From Patescibacteria group bacterium (GTDB lineage Bacteria; Patescibacteriota; Minisyncoccia; UBA6257; GWB1-50-10), in assembly GCA_038065455.1 (NCBI GenBank), contig JBBTQX010000004.1:1-64000 (forward strand): DNA of 64,000 nt. Reading direction: 5' to 3'. The notes beneath the pieces were generated by a model. That model was not told the origin of the DNA. It did no database searches and saw only the letters and a program-made list of their open reading frames with translations. Shown piece after piece: positions 19,567 through 28,561 of the stretch. Positions within the stretch are counted from its first letter, which is position 1; every line of letters starts with the position of its first letter. The position numbers and the translations under genes are program-made.

Positions 19567-20031
19567 ATGTTCCAAGAAAAAAATGGAAATAAAAAAAATG
19601 AGCCCAGGAGGGATATTTTCGCGGAGCTCGCCAAAATAAAAACCGAGCCGGCGCCGCTTATCAAAGTAAGAACCGGGGACGGAAAAGGACCGGAAGAAGA
19701 CGAAGGCACTTTGACCGTGGATGTCTTTGAAGACGGCGACTACTTCATCGTCGAATCCACTATTGCCGGCGCGAAGGACGAGGATTTGGAGATAAATATC
19801 ACGAACGAATCGGTCACTATCAGGGGCCGGCGCGAACGCAAGGAAGAGGTGAAAGAAAAAGATTATTTCTATCAGGAACTCTTCTGGGGCGCTTTTTCCC
19901 GCTCCATTATCCTCCCCCAGGAAGTGGATCCCGAAAATTCCACCGCCGCTTTGAAAAACGGCATTCTCACGATAAGGATGCCGAAAATGAACAGGCAAAG
20001 ATCAAAAAAACTAAGAGTGGGCTTAGATTAA
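19567..20031 (+). CDS. Hsp20/alpha-crystallin small heat-shock protein
   Basis: VDVFE, FSRSIILP, A.LKNGILTI.MPK. Confidence 0.9.
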   Translation: MFQEKNGNKKNEPRRDIFAELAKIKTEPAPLIKVRTGDGKGPEEDEGTLTVDVFEDGDYFIVESTIAGAKDEDLEINITNESVTIRGRRERKEEVKEKDYFYQELFWGAFSRSIILPQEVDPENSTAALKNGILTIRMPKMNRQRSKKLRVGLD

Positions 20032-20037
20032 AAAGAA

Positions 20038-20068
20038 GTCCCGCCAAAAGCAATTGGCGGGATTTTTT
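20038..20068. terminator. Intrinsic terminator between convergent genes
   Basis: tcccgccaa-loop-ttggcggga followed by T run. Confidence 0.7.
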
Positions 20069-20074
20069 ATTGAA

Positions 20075-20380
20075 TTATTCTCTTATGTACGGAGCGGATC
20101 TGAACATGTCGGAAATAACCTCGCAATCGCATCCGGAATCAAGCGAAGCTATTATCTCCTTAAATTCTTCGCGGCGGAATTCTATGTCAAGATCAAGCCC
20201 TAATACATTCGCTATTTTATCACGCAGGGAATCAAAAAAACGAAATGCTTCAGTCGTATCTCTTGGACTATTGGGGGCAAAATTCATTCCCAACTTGCAT
20301 AAACTTTTTAGATACTGCTCGCTTCCTAACTCATGGATGCTTAATTCATCCAGTTTTTCTTGAAAATCTTTTGAGCCCAT
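20075..20380 (-). CDS. Hypothetical protein (ORFan-like, AT-rich)
   Basis: 101-aa ORF preceded by GGAGG and a TTGACT box. Confidence 0.6.
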   Translation of the reverse strand: MGSKDFQEKLDELSIHELGSEQYLKSLCKLGMNFAPNSPRDTTEAFRFFDSLRDKIANVLGLDLDIEFRREEFKEIIASLDSGCDCEVISDMFRSAPYIRE

Positions 20381-20479
20381 ATTTCCTCCAATATTTTTAA
20401 TTGTTAAGCAAAAACGTGAATAATAACTGTCTATAAAATATGCCTCCTTTCTTATAAAGTCAAAGCGGCCCCCGCCCGG

Positions 20480-21859
20480 CTAACGGCGCTTGAAAATTTT
20501 CTTGCAATAGAGATTGAATTTTTCTCCCCTATCGAACTCGTTCTTGAACTTCTCAAAGCTGGCCGCCCCCGGCGAAAAAATAATCATCCATTTCGTCTTT
20601 TTCTCTTTTTTTTCATAAATCACTTGGGTGGTATACTTAAGTATACCACCTAGATCTTCGTAGAAGTTTATTTTTTTGTTTTTAGAATATCCGATTTTCT
20701 CGAGCGCCGCGATCATTTTTTTGGTGGCGCTGCCGTTCAAAAGGAAAAGGTTTTCCGGTTTCACGAAGCGCTTTACTGTTTTCGCCCATCCGCCATATTC
20801 CAAGTTTTTATCCGTTCCACCGGAGATGAGGATAATATTTTCTTTTCCGAACCTCCGAAGAGCGGCTATCGTCCCATCGGGCGAGGTCGCCGTCGTGTCA
20901 TTCACCACCGTAAGCTTCGGCGATTTGAAGACGATCTCCTCCCGGAATTTTATTCGCGGCAAACGCCAGGCCGCTCGTCGGAGAGCCGAAACGGGCACGC
21001 CGGCAAGTTTGGCGGCGAGATATGCGGCTTTGAAATTCTCCAGATTATGCGGACCGGAGATTTTGGAGAATTTCTTTTCATTTATACCGGTTTTTGCGGA
21101 TGAATAGAGCATCTTTGAGCCGACCCTCCAATTGGAGAATTTTTTAAGGAAAAATTTCGTCCATTCGTTCCGGCAATTCAGAATCAAAAAATCTCCCTTC
21201 TTCTGGTTTTTGAATATATTCGCCTTCGCAGAAGCATAGCTGACAAGCGTCCGGTAGCGGTTCATATGGTCACGGTAGATATTGGTGATTACAGCCACTT
21301 CCGGACCCCGGCCGGATTGGCTTAAAAGCTCCAGGTGCCAGGACGAAAGTTCCGCGACGACGGGCGACTTGCCGTCTAAGCCGTCCAGAATGCCGAGCAG
21401 GGGCTGGTCCGAGGAGTTGCCGGTAAGTTTCGCCTTCGGAAACTTTTGCTTCAATAAAAACAATATCCAGTTCACGGTTGTCGTCTTCCCCCGGGTGCCG
21501 GTCACGGCGATAATCGGATTTTTGCAGTATCGGAAGAACAAGCTCGCTTCATTCTCCAAACGCGCACCGTGTTTTTTGGCAATGGCGAGATACTTGCTCT
21601 CGCGCGGCACGGCTGGATTCACCACGATAATTTTATTGGTCTTGAAATCAGCTCTGCGGTGTTTGCCCAAAACGAAAATAATTTTTTTCGCCGCCGCGCC
21701 CAATTTATTTATCGAGTCTTTTAATTCCCCGCGCGAACGCAAATCCGTCACGGTCACATTCGCGCCGTGCAGAATGAGCCACTTCGTGGTCGCAATCCCC
21801 CCGCCGAGCAGACCCAGGCCCATTACCAGTACTTTTTTGTTTTTTAACTCAATGGCCAT
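20480..21859 (-). CDS. murD: UDP-N-acetylmuramoyl-L-alanine--D-glutamate ligase
   Basis: VLVMGLG, AVTGTRGKTTT, ELSSW, DHMNRY, SPGAASF..F.N...RG. Confidence 0.9.
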   Translation of the reverse strand: MAIELKNKKVLVMGLGLLGGGIATTKWLILHGANVTVTDLRSRGELKDSINKLGAAAKKIIFVLGKHRRADFKTNKIIVVNPAVPRESKYLAIAKKHGARLENEASLFFRYCKNPIIAVTGTRGKTTTVNWILFLLKQKFPKAKLTGNSSDQPLLGILDGLDGKSPVVAELSSWHLELLSQSGRGPEVAVITNIYRDHMNRYRTLVSYASAKANIFKNQKKGDFLILNCRNEWTKFFLKKFSNWRVGSKMLYSSAKTGINEKKFSKISGPHNLENFKAAYLAAKLAGVPVSALRRAAWRLPRIKFREEIVFKSPKLTVVNDTTATSPDGTIAALRRFGKENIILISGGTDKNLEYGGWAKTVKRFVKPENLFLLNGSATKKMIAALEKIGYSKNKKINFYEDLGGILKYTTQVIYEKKEKKTKWMIIFSPGAASFEKFKNEFDRGEKFNLYCKKIFKRR

Positions 21860-21936
21860 TTAGAAACATTATTCCCTGTTTACAGATTTTTCACAAACAA
21901 AAAACTCATTTTGTGAGGAATTTTCAATATATTAAG

Positions 21937-23910
21937 TTAAAGAAACGGAACGATGAGGAGCGCCACAATGTTTATCACTTTGATAAGCGGATTGATGGCC
22001 GGACCGGCGGTGTCTTTGTAGGGATCACCCACCGTGTCGCCCGTGACCGCCGCCAAGTGCGCGTCCGAACCCTTGCCGCCGTGATTCCCTTCCTCAATAT
22101 GCTTCTTTGCATTATCCCAGGCCGCGCCGCCCGAAGTCATCGAGATACCGATGAAAAGCCCCGAAATAATCGTGCCTATCAGGAATCCGCCCAGAGATTC
22201 TTTGCCGAGACCAAATCCCACCGCCAAGACCGCCACGATAGGCAGAAGCGCCGGCACAATCATTTCCTGCAAAGCCGCCTTCGTCACAATATCCACCGCC
22301 TTTTGATATTCGGGCCTGGCCGTGCCTTCCATTAATCCCTTGATTTCGCGGAATTGCCGGCGGATTTCGTCCACAATCGCGCCCGCCGCCTTGCCGACGG
22401 ATTTCATCGCGATGGCAGCGAATAAATTCGGAATGGCCGCACCCAACAGGAGCCCAATTAAAACATAAGGATTCTGAAGATCGAACGAAATGGAAGAATA
22501 AGATTTCAAAAGCTCTTCGGTATAGCCGGCGAAAAGCACGAGCGCCGCGAGGCCGGCCGAAGCAATAGCATAGCCTTTTGTGACCGCCTTCGTGGTGTTC
22601 CCCACCGCGTCCAGCGAGTCGGTTATCTGCCGAACGCTTTCGGACGCGCCCGACATTTCGGCAATACCGCCCGCGTTATCGGTAATCGGCCCGAACGAAT
22701 CTATCGCCACGATAATCCCAGCAACCGAAAGCATCGAAACCGCCGCGATTGCCACGCCGTAAATTCCGGAAAGAAGAAAAGCGCCGAGTATCCCCGCCAC
22801 AATCACGATAATCGGCAGGAAGGTCGCCTCCATTCCGACCGAAAGGCCCATAATAATATTCGTGCCGTGGCCGGAATTAGACGCGTCCGAAATGCTTTGC
22901 ACCGGCCGGTAGCCCTTCGCCGTGTAGTAATCGGTAATGACGACCATCAGGGCCGTAACCGCGAGTCCGATAAGACTCGAAGCAAAAATACCGCCGAATT
23001 CCGTCGGGAAAAAATACTTGGCGGCGAAATAAAAGAGGATTGCGGAGACGACAAGCGAAGCGATGAGCCCTTTGTAAAGCGCCTTCATTATTCCTTGATC
23101 ATTGGGGTCTTTTCCGAGTCGAACAAAAAGACTGCCGATGATTGAGGCAATAATAGCGAGCGCTCCCAAAACCAGCGGGAATAAAAGCACGGGACCGGAC
23201 ATTGTGAGCGCCCCAAGAAGCATCGCCGCCGTGAGCGTCACAGCGTAAGTTTCGAAAAGATCGGCGGCCATGCCGGCGCAGTCGCCGACATTATCGCCCA
23301 CATTGTCGGCAATGACGCCGGGATTCCTCGGATCGTCCTCCGGAATGCCCGCCTCAACCTTGCCGACGAGATCGGTGCCCACGTCGGCCGCCTTTGTGAA
23401 GATACCGCCACCCAAACGGGCAAAGACCGAAATCAAGCTCGCACCGAAGCCGAGGCCGATGAGTGCGTTCGCATCATTCGTCAAAAGATAGAAACCGGCG
23501 ACCGACAACAATCCCAGAGCCACCACCAAAAATCCGGTAACCGAACCGGCCCTGAAAGCCAAAGAAAGAGCGGGGCCCAAACCCTTGCCGGCCGCCTCCG
23601 CTGTTTTTGAATTGGAACGGACGGCTACATTCATTCCTAGATAGCCGGCGAGCGCCGAAGCGGCCGCCCCTACCAGAAATCCCAAAGCCATTAAATAACC
23701 CAAGGCAAAATAAATTATCAAAAAAAGAACCGACGCGACGACGGCCACCGTCCGATACTGCCGGCTGAGATATGCCGAAGAACCCTCCTGAATAGCCTTC
23801 GAAATCTCCACCATTTTTTCGTTTCCTGCCGGCTGCTTTTTGAGCCATAAAGCCAGATAGGCTGTGTAGGCGACTGCGACCACTACAGAACCAAAAATTA
23901 AATACAACAT
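21937..23910 (-). CDS. hppA: Membrane-bound H+-translocating pyrophosphatase, K+-independent signature
   Basis: [45 protein letters not shown]. Confidence 0.94.
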   Translation of the reverse strand: MLYLIFGSVVVAVAYTAYLALWLKKQPAGNEKMVEISKAIQEGSSAYLSRQYRTVAVVASVLFLIIYFALGYLMALGFLVGAAASALAGYLGMNVAVRSNSKTAEAAGKGLGPALSLAFRAGSVTGFLVVALGLLSVAGFYLLTNDANALIGLGFGASLISVFARLGGGIFTKAADVGTDLVGKVEAGIPEDDPRNPGVIADNVGDNVGDCAGMAADLFETYAVTLTAAMLLGALTMSGPVLLFPLVLGALAIIASIIGSLFVRLGKDPNDQGIMKALYKGLIASLVVSAILFYFAAKYFFPTEFGGIFASSLIGLAVTALMVVITDYYTAKGYRPVQSISDASNSGHGTNIIMGLSVGMEATFLPIIVIVAGILGAFLLSGIYGVAIAAVSMLSVAGIIVAIDSFGPITDNAGGIAEMSGASESVRQITDSLDAVGNTTKAVTKGYAIASAGLAALVLFAGYTEELLKSYSSISFDLQNPYVLIGLLLGAAIPNLFAAIAMKSVGKAAGAIVDEIRRQFREIKGLMEGTARPEYQKAVDIVTKAALQEMIVPALLPIVAVLAVGFGLGKESLGGFLIGTIISGLFIGISMTSGGAAWDNAKKHIEEGNHGGKGSDAHLAAVTGDTVGDPYKDTAGPAINPLIKVINIVALLIVPFL

Positions 23911-23942
23911 ATTATTGAATGTTTTAAAAAATTAAATTTTAT

Positions 23943-25166
23943 TTATTTCTCGACTTGTTTTTCTTCCTCTCCGAAATCATTCTGACCTTCCTCTACCGCC
24001 GCCACGGCTACACCGCCTTCCTGCACCTCGTCCGGATTGGATTGCGAGCGCACATCTATCTTCCAACCCGTAAGTTTAGCCGCGAGCCGCACATTCTGTC
24101 CGCCTTTGCCGATTGCGAGGCTCAACTGGTCTTCGGAAACGAGCACCCGCGCTTCGCGCCGTTCCAATATTTCCACGAGCTTCGCCTTGGCGGGCGAAAC
24201 GGAATTGCCGATGAACTTCGCCGGGTCATCGGACCACTCTATAATGTCTATTTTTTCGTTGCCGAGCTCGTTCGTCACCGCCATCACGCGCGTTCCGCGC
24301 TGGCCGACCGCCGAGCCGACGGGGTCCACGCCGTCTTCCTTCGAAGCGACCGCGATTTTGGTGCGGCTGCCCGCTTCCCGCGCGATTTCTTTTACCTCCA
24401 CCGTGCCTTCGGCAATCTCGGGCACCTCAAGTTCGAAAAGCTTTTTCACGAAATTCGGGTGCGAACGCGAAAGCACGATACCCGGCCGGCGCGGATCGTC
24501 CTGAACGGCCAAAACATAAAAGCGCATCCGGTCGCCCACGCGATAGTGCTCACCCGGAATGCTTTCGTTCGGATACATAATGCCCACCGCGCGCCCGAGA
24601 TTCACGAAAACATTGCCCCGGTCGAAACGCTGAACTACTCCGCTCATAATCATTCCCTCTTTGTCCGCAAATTCGTCTTTTATTGACGAGCGCTCCGCCT
24701 CGCGGAGATTCTGCAAAATCACCTGCTTGGCCGTCTGCGCCGCGATGCGGCCGAAATCGGCCTGTACCTCGAGCGGAAATTCCAATTCCTCTTCTATCTG
24801 GACATCCGATTTTATTTTTTTGGCATCCTCGAGGAATATGTGCCGGTCGGGATTATATCGCGGGAACTCTTCTTTTTCCTCCGCTCCCTGAGCCATGGGC
24901 GGCTGATTCTGAATCTGTTCTTCCTCTTCCGATTCGCTCACAATGCGCACTTGAGCGGGATCAACCACTGCCTTTACCTGCGAGAAATCCACATCCCCCG
25001 TTTTCAGGTTAAATTTGGCACGAATTATTTCCGAACGCTTCCGGTATTCTTTTTTATAGGCGGCGGCGATGGCCGCTTCGATAGCGCCCAAAACTTTTTC
25101 CGCCGGTATTCCTTTTTCCGCGGCAATTTGTTCCGCCGCGCTCGCTAATGTTTTTAAATCCATCAT
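23943..25166 (-). CDS. nusA: Transcription elongation factor NusA
   Basis: FGRIAAQTAKQVI, S1 and KH domains, AIGKGGQNVRLAAKLTGW. Confidence 0.96.
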   Translation of the reverse strand: MMDLKTLASAAEQIAAEKGIPAEKVLGAIEAAIAAAYKKEYRKRSEIIRAKFNLKTGDVDFSQVKAVVDPAQVRIVSESEEEEQIQNQPPMAQGAEEKEEFPRYNPDRHIFLEDAKKIKSDVQIEEELEFPLEVQADFGRIAAQTAKQVILQNLREAERSSIKDEFADKEGMIMSGVVQRFDRGNVFVNLGRAVGIMYPNESIPGEHYRVGDRMRFYVLAVQDDPRRPGIVLSRSHPNFVKKLFELEVPEIAEGTVEVKEIAREAGSRTKIAVASKEDGVDPVGSAVGQRGTRVMAVTNELGNEKIDIIEWSDDPAKFIGNSVSPAKAKLVEILERREARVLVSEDQLSLAIGKGGQNVRLAAKLTGWKIDVRSQSNPDEVQEGGVAVAAVEEGQNDFGEEEKQVEK

Positions 25167-25330
25167 GTTTGTTTAAAATTTTACCGCTCTCGAGGAGCGG
25201 ATTACATATCAATAATATCCCAACCGATAAAACAATCAAGTATTGACGTATTTATATTATTATGATATACTACAATTAGCATAGAAAATTAACGATTTAA
25301 TTTTTATTCACAATTTAATAGGAGGTTGTT

Positions 25331-25795
25331 ATGAAAAGAGAATTAAAGGCATTTTGGGTATCTTTATTCATCATTATTGCCATTCTAGTACTGATGATAT
25401 TATTGAAAGTCACGGGTTATCGGGAATTTGATTTCGACCGCTCTGATAATCCTCTGCCGCCGAATCCTGTTATTAATTCTTCCCTTTGCGCCGAACTCGA
25501 AAAGGCTAAGGAGGGTGATTTTGTTGAATTCGATAGTCAGTGGCATGTTATAACCAACATAAATTTCATTAACGATGGCGATGACCGGGATTATTATGTC
25601 ATGCTCCTAAAATATGGCGGTATGATCAATATACCGGTTTACTATAATCGAGTCGATGACAATGCACGGATTAGTCGGGTTATCCGGTGGGAAGAGGGCA
25701 ATGAATCATCATTATCAATGATGAGTGATGTGCCGATCGGCCAAATAAAATGGAAGGCCGCGGCAAGGGAGTTTTTCAAAACAAACAAGCAGTGA
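25331..25795 (+). CDS. Hypothetical membrane-anchored protein (ORFan-like)
   Basis: N-terminal TM; TTGACG/TATACT promoter-like boxes, AGGAGG SD and downstream hairpin. Confidence 0.65.
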   Translation: MKRELKAFWVSLFIIIAILVLMILLKVTGYREFDFDRSDNPLPPNPVINSSLCAELEKAKEGDFVEFDSQWHVITNINFINDGDDRDYYVMLLKYGGMINIPVYYNRVDDNARISRVIRWEEGNESSLSMMSDVPIGQIKWKAAAREFFKTNKQ

Positions 25796-25883
25796 AATCC
25801 GAGTTAGTATGATAATGGCGACCAATTCATCGGCCGCCATTTTTATTTCCTAAAACCGTTTAGATATATAACTAAAAAAACAA

Positions 25884-26072
25884 GGTAGTATAATTGACTA
25901 TACCACCTGGTAATTAATCCTTGAGTAATTCTATTTTAAAGCAGGCCTTTTCTCTTAATTCCTGACTTATATTCTTTTTGTTCACCCGTGTCATATTGAT
26001 TTCTTTTTATTCTAGCATATATAAATAGTTCGACATGCTATACCATCTGGTAGTCTAATTGATTAGACTACC
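25884..26072. repeat. Two copies of a 24-bp palindrome family in direct orientation (also at 20627 and 34480)
   Basis: ggtagtataattgactataccacc (25884-25907) and ggtagtctaattgattagactacc (26049-26072). Confidence 0.6.
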
Positions 26073-26114
26073 CATTATAATATGTGAAATTAGGGACATA
26101 TTCAAACATTTTCT

Positions 26115-26492
26115 TTAAATGTTTTCGTAGTGGCGGATTTCGAAAGCATCGGCTTCGGCAAACCCATTACTCTTCTTAACAAGAGCCACGAGATCCAGAC
26201 GCCAGCCCCTTTTGTCGCTTATGAGCTCTTCGTGGGAACCCGCGTATATTTCCGCCGTCCGGCGGAATTTTTTCATCTTAGCTCCGGACATCTGGTCTTC
26301 CGGTTTCAATATCCCCGGCCTCATAGTCTTAACTTCCACAAAAACCAGGGTCTTATCCGGTGCTATTACCACAATATCCAACTCGCCCCATTTCTCCCGC
26401 TTATTTCGTTCAATTACCCCATAACCCTTTCTTTTCAGATATTCGGCCGCAAAATCCTCCCCCTCCCGCCCCAATTCAGATTTTTGAGTCAT
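26115..26492 (-). CDS. yraN: YraN family (UPF0102) PD-(D/E)xK endonuclease
   Basis: G..GE..A..YL...GY, GELDIV, LVFVEVKT; start MTQKS. Confidence 0.88.
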   Translation of the reverse strand: MTQKSELGREGEDFAAEYLKRKGYGVIERNKREKWGELDIVVIAPDKTLVFVEVKTMRPGILKPEDQMSGAKMKKFRRTAEIYAGSHEELISDKRGWRLDLVALVKKSNGFAEADAFEIRHYENI

Positions 26493-26928
26493 AGTAAGCA
26501 AATTTCCCGAATTTCCCCTGTTTGTGCAAATTGAATATTCTTCTATATGGATATGGGACGTTGGTATTCCCAATCTTCTCTATCCATTCCTGAAATTGAA
26601 CTCCTTTGTAACCACGGAGTTTTCCATAAAAGAACGGAACGACCACATTTATAAGCGACAAATAATCCCTAACTATTAATGTCGCCATTTTACCCCTATT
26701 AACCCCGTCTTTTCTGTATGGACCACTAACATAAATACTATTACTGTTTATTTTTGGCAGCTTCATTGATGTTCTCATGAGCCTCAAAAGCTCTTCATCT
26801 CGTTGATGCATAGAAATAATAAAAGTTGGAACTTTTAGTTTTTCTTCTCTTTTTACTCTTGTATCAAAGGTGAAGCAACCCTCTCCTTCTACTAATCCTC
26901 TGATATATTCATCAGAAAGTAGTTCCAT
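26476..26928 (-). CDS. Free-standing single-motif LAGLIDADG homing-endonuclease-like protein
   Basis: YIRGLVEGEGCF motif, F.I.M..RD..LL, VPFF...L.G.K...F..W. Confidence 0.8.
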   Translation of the reverse strand: MELLSDEYIRGLVEGEGCFTFDTRVKREEKLKVPTFIISMHQRDEELLRLMRTSMKLPKINSNSIYVSGPYRKDGVNRGKMATLIVRDYLSLINVVVPFFYGKLRGYKGVQFQEWIEKIGNTNVPYPYRRIFNLHKQGKFGKFAYYDSKI

Positions 26929-27106
26929 ATATAAATAATTATATCAAAAAATATTTGATAAAGTGTTTATGCACAAACACTTTTGACCCTTATTTTTCTC
27001 AAAATCCTAAAAACGTAATGCCAGTATGACTACCAGGTTTTGGAGTTATCAACAGTGTTTTACAATGTTTTACAAGATTCGTCAAAAGAGTAGCATTCAT
27101 CGCGCT

Positions 27107-27158
27107 ACCCGATAACCGCATGAAACCTACATATGTAGGTTTCATCGCATTATCGGGT
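27107..27158. repeat. Long palindrome with perfect 26-bp core
   Basis: atgaaacctacatatgtaggtttcat (27120-27145) with outer arms acccgataa / ttatcgggt. Confidence 0.7.
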
Positions 27159-27245
27159 TTTTCGGGTTTTACAGGTTTTTCAATTTAATCAAATAAAAGA
27201 CCCTTTACCGAAAAACCGGCAAAAGGTCTAAAACAGATATATCAA

Positions 27246-27617
27246 TTAGACAGTACGGGGAGTGGGGGAATTTCCGGAATATTTTGGTATTCTCTTCACC
27301 TTTTTCACGATATTCGACGCTTTTTTAAAAGCATACTCTGCACAATAACGCTGGGTTTGCAGATAATCATTATCCAAGATGTTTTTTGGATCAGATTCAA
27401 ATATCACACATTCATTTTTTCGCGCGAAATCATCACATTTCTTTTTTGCCTCTCTCCATTTATAGCTCAATTCATTCAATTTATTCCTGATTTCATAATC
27501 AGAAACCTGCGCCGGCCATTTCCCGAAAATCTTCCGAAAACGCCAAGCCGGACTGAACAAAAATGCTACTGGCAAAAATAGGGCGATTAAAGCCAAAAGA
27601 TACAAAAGATTTGACAT
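27246..27617 (-). CDS. Hypothetical membrane-anchored protein (ORFan-like)
   Basis: N-terminal TM; AAGGAGG SD; AT-rich; downstream hairpin at about 27195-27232. Confidence 0.6.
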   Translation of the reverse strand: MSNLLYLLALIALFLPVAFLFSPAWRFRKIFGKWPAQVSDYEIRNKLNELSYKWREAKKKCDDFARKNECVIFESDPKNILDNDYLQTQRYCAEYAFKKASNIVKKVKRIPKYSGNSPTPRTV

Positions 27618-27691
27618 AAGACCTCCTTAAAAATGAAAGTTAGGTTTTGAAATATTGGTTTATAAAGCTATCTGATTCAATTAAACAACTA

Positions 27692-28438
27692 CTATAGAAC
27701 TCTGTCAATAAACCTCTTTGTCTCTTCCGGACCGGATACTTTTACGCATTTTATTCCGGCTTTCTTAGCCGAATAGTCATTCCCGCCGGGAAAGAGGGTG
27801 TCGCCGAAAAAAACAACATCTTTTTTTGAAATCTTAAAGAACTTCATCAGTTTTTTTATAGCATAGCCTTTATCGATGCCTTTCTTGGTGATATCAATCG
27901 AGGTGAGCCCGCCTTGGCGAACTTCGAAATTCGGCAGGATTTTTTTCATAAATTTTACGATCCTGGGCCGAATATCTCGCCGGCGGTTCCATTCTTTTTT
28001 AAACGGCAGGGGAGCGCGGTCGCCCAAAGCCGAGAATGTCACCTGAGTTCCGCGATTCTCAATCGTGACTCCGAATATGCGTTTGGGATATTCAAAATCG
28101 GCTTCAAAAAGCCCTTTATTCAAGGCTTTTTTTATTCTCGCCAAGTCTTTTCGGTTAAGCCTTATCTCATACTCTTTCCGCCAACCTTTCCTATAGGAGA
28201 AGAACGAAGCGCCATTGGTGGGGAAAAGGAACAAATTATGGAGATTTATCGACTCTTTTTCGAGCGGTTTCAAAAGTTGTTCCTTGAAAAGTGCCAATTT
28301 GCCGCCGCCCACAACCGCCACCTTGGTTTTTTGGGTCAGTTTGGCGAGAATTTTGGCCATACCGCGATCGATCGGCATCTTACTTTTCGCAAGCGTTCCA
28401 TCCAAATCGAAAATGAAGACTTTTTTGTCCTTGAGCAT
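27692..28438 (-). CDS. HAD-IIB hydrolase, eukaryote-type phosphomannomutase-like
   Basis: FDLDGTLA, VGGG, IENRGTQVTFS, GGLTSIDI, FFGD...GGNDY. Confidence 0.82.
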   Translation of the reverse strand: MLKDKKVFIFDLDGTLAKSKMPIDRGMAKILAKLTQKTKVAVVGGGKLALFKEQLLKPLEKESINLHNLFLFPTNGASFFSYRKGWRKEYEIRLNRKDLARIKKALNKGLFEADFEYPKRIFGVTIENRGTQVTFSALGDRAPLPFKKEWNRRRDIRPRIVKFMKKILPNFEVRQGGLTSIDITKKGIDKGYAIKKLMKFFKISKKDVVFFGDTLFPGGNDYSAKKAGIKCVKVSGPEETKRFIDRVL

Positions 28439-28445
28439 GGGCTGG

Positions 28446-28520
28446 TTAACCAGGCAGTAGAAACTCGATTAGGGTATGGATTCCGGCCGCGCCGCAATCG
28501 AGTTTTCACTACCTGGTTAA
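28446..28520. repeat. 75-bp element with 25-bp inverted arms (family D); solo arm at rpsA 3' end
   Basis: ttaaccaggcagtagaaactcgatt versus aatcgagttttcactacctggttaa, 22/25 inverted match; related sequence at 38271-38293. Confidence 0.55.
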
Positions 28521-28561
28521 TTGAATTCTAGTCTATTTTCGTCTTTAATAGAATAAGTCTT

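Noticed and set aside
26115-26928. Group I intron housing the LAGLIDADG ORF
   Set aside because: No interrupted host gene or tRNA/rRNA halves flank it and no intron core could be recognised by eye; a covariance-model scan would be needed to exclude it fully.
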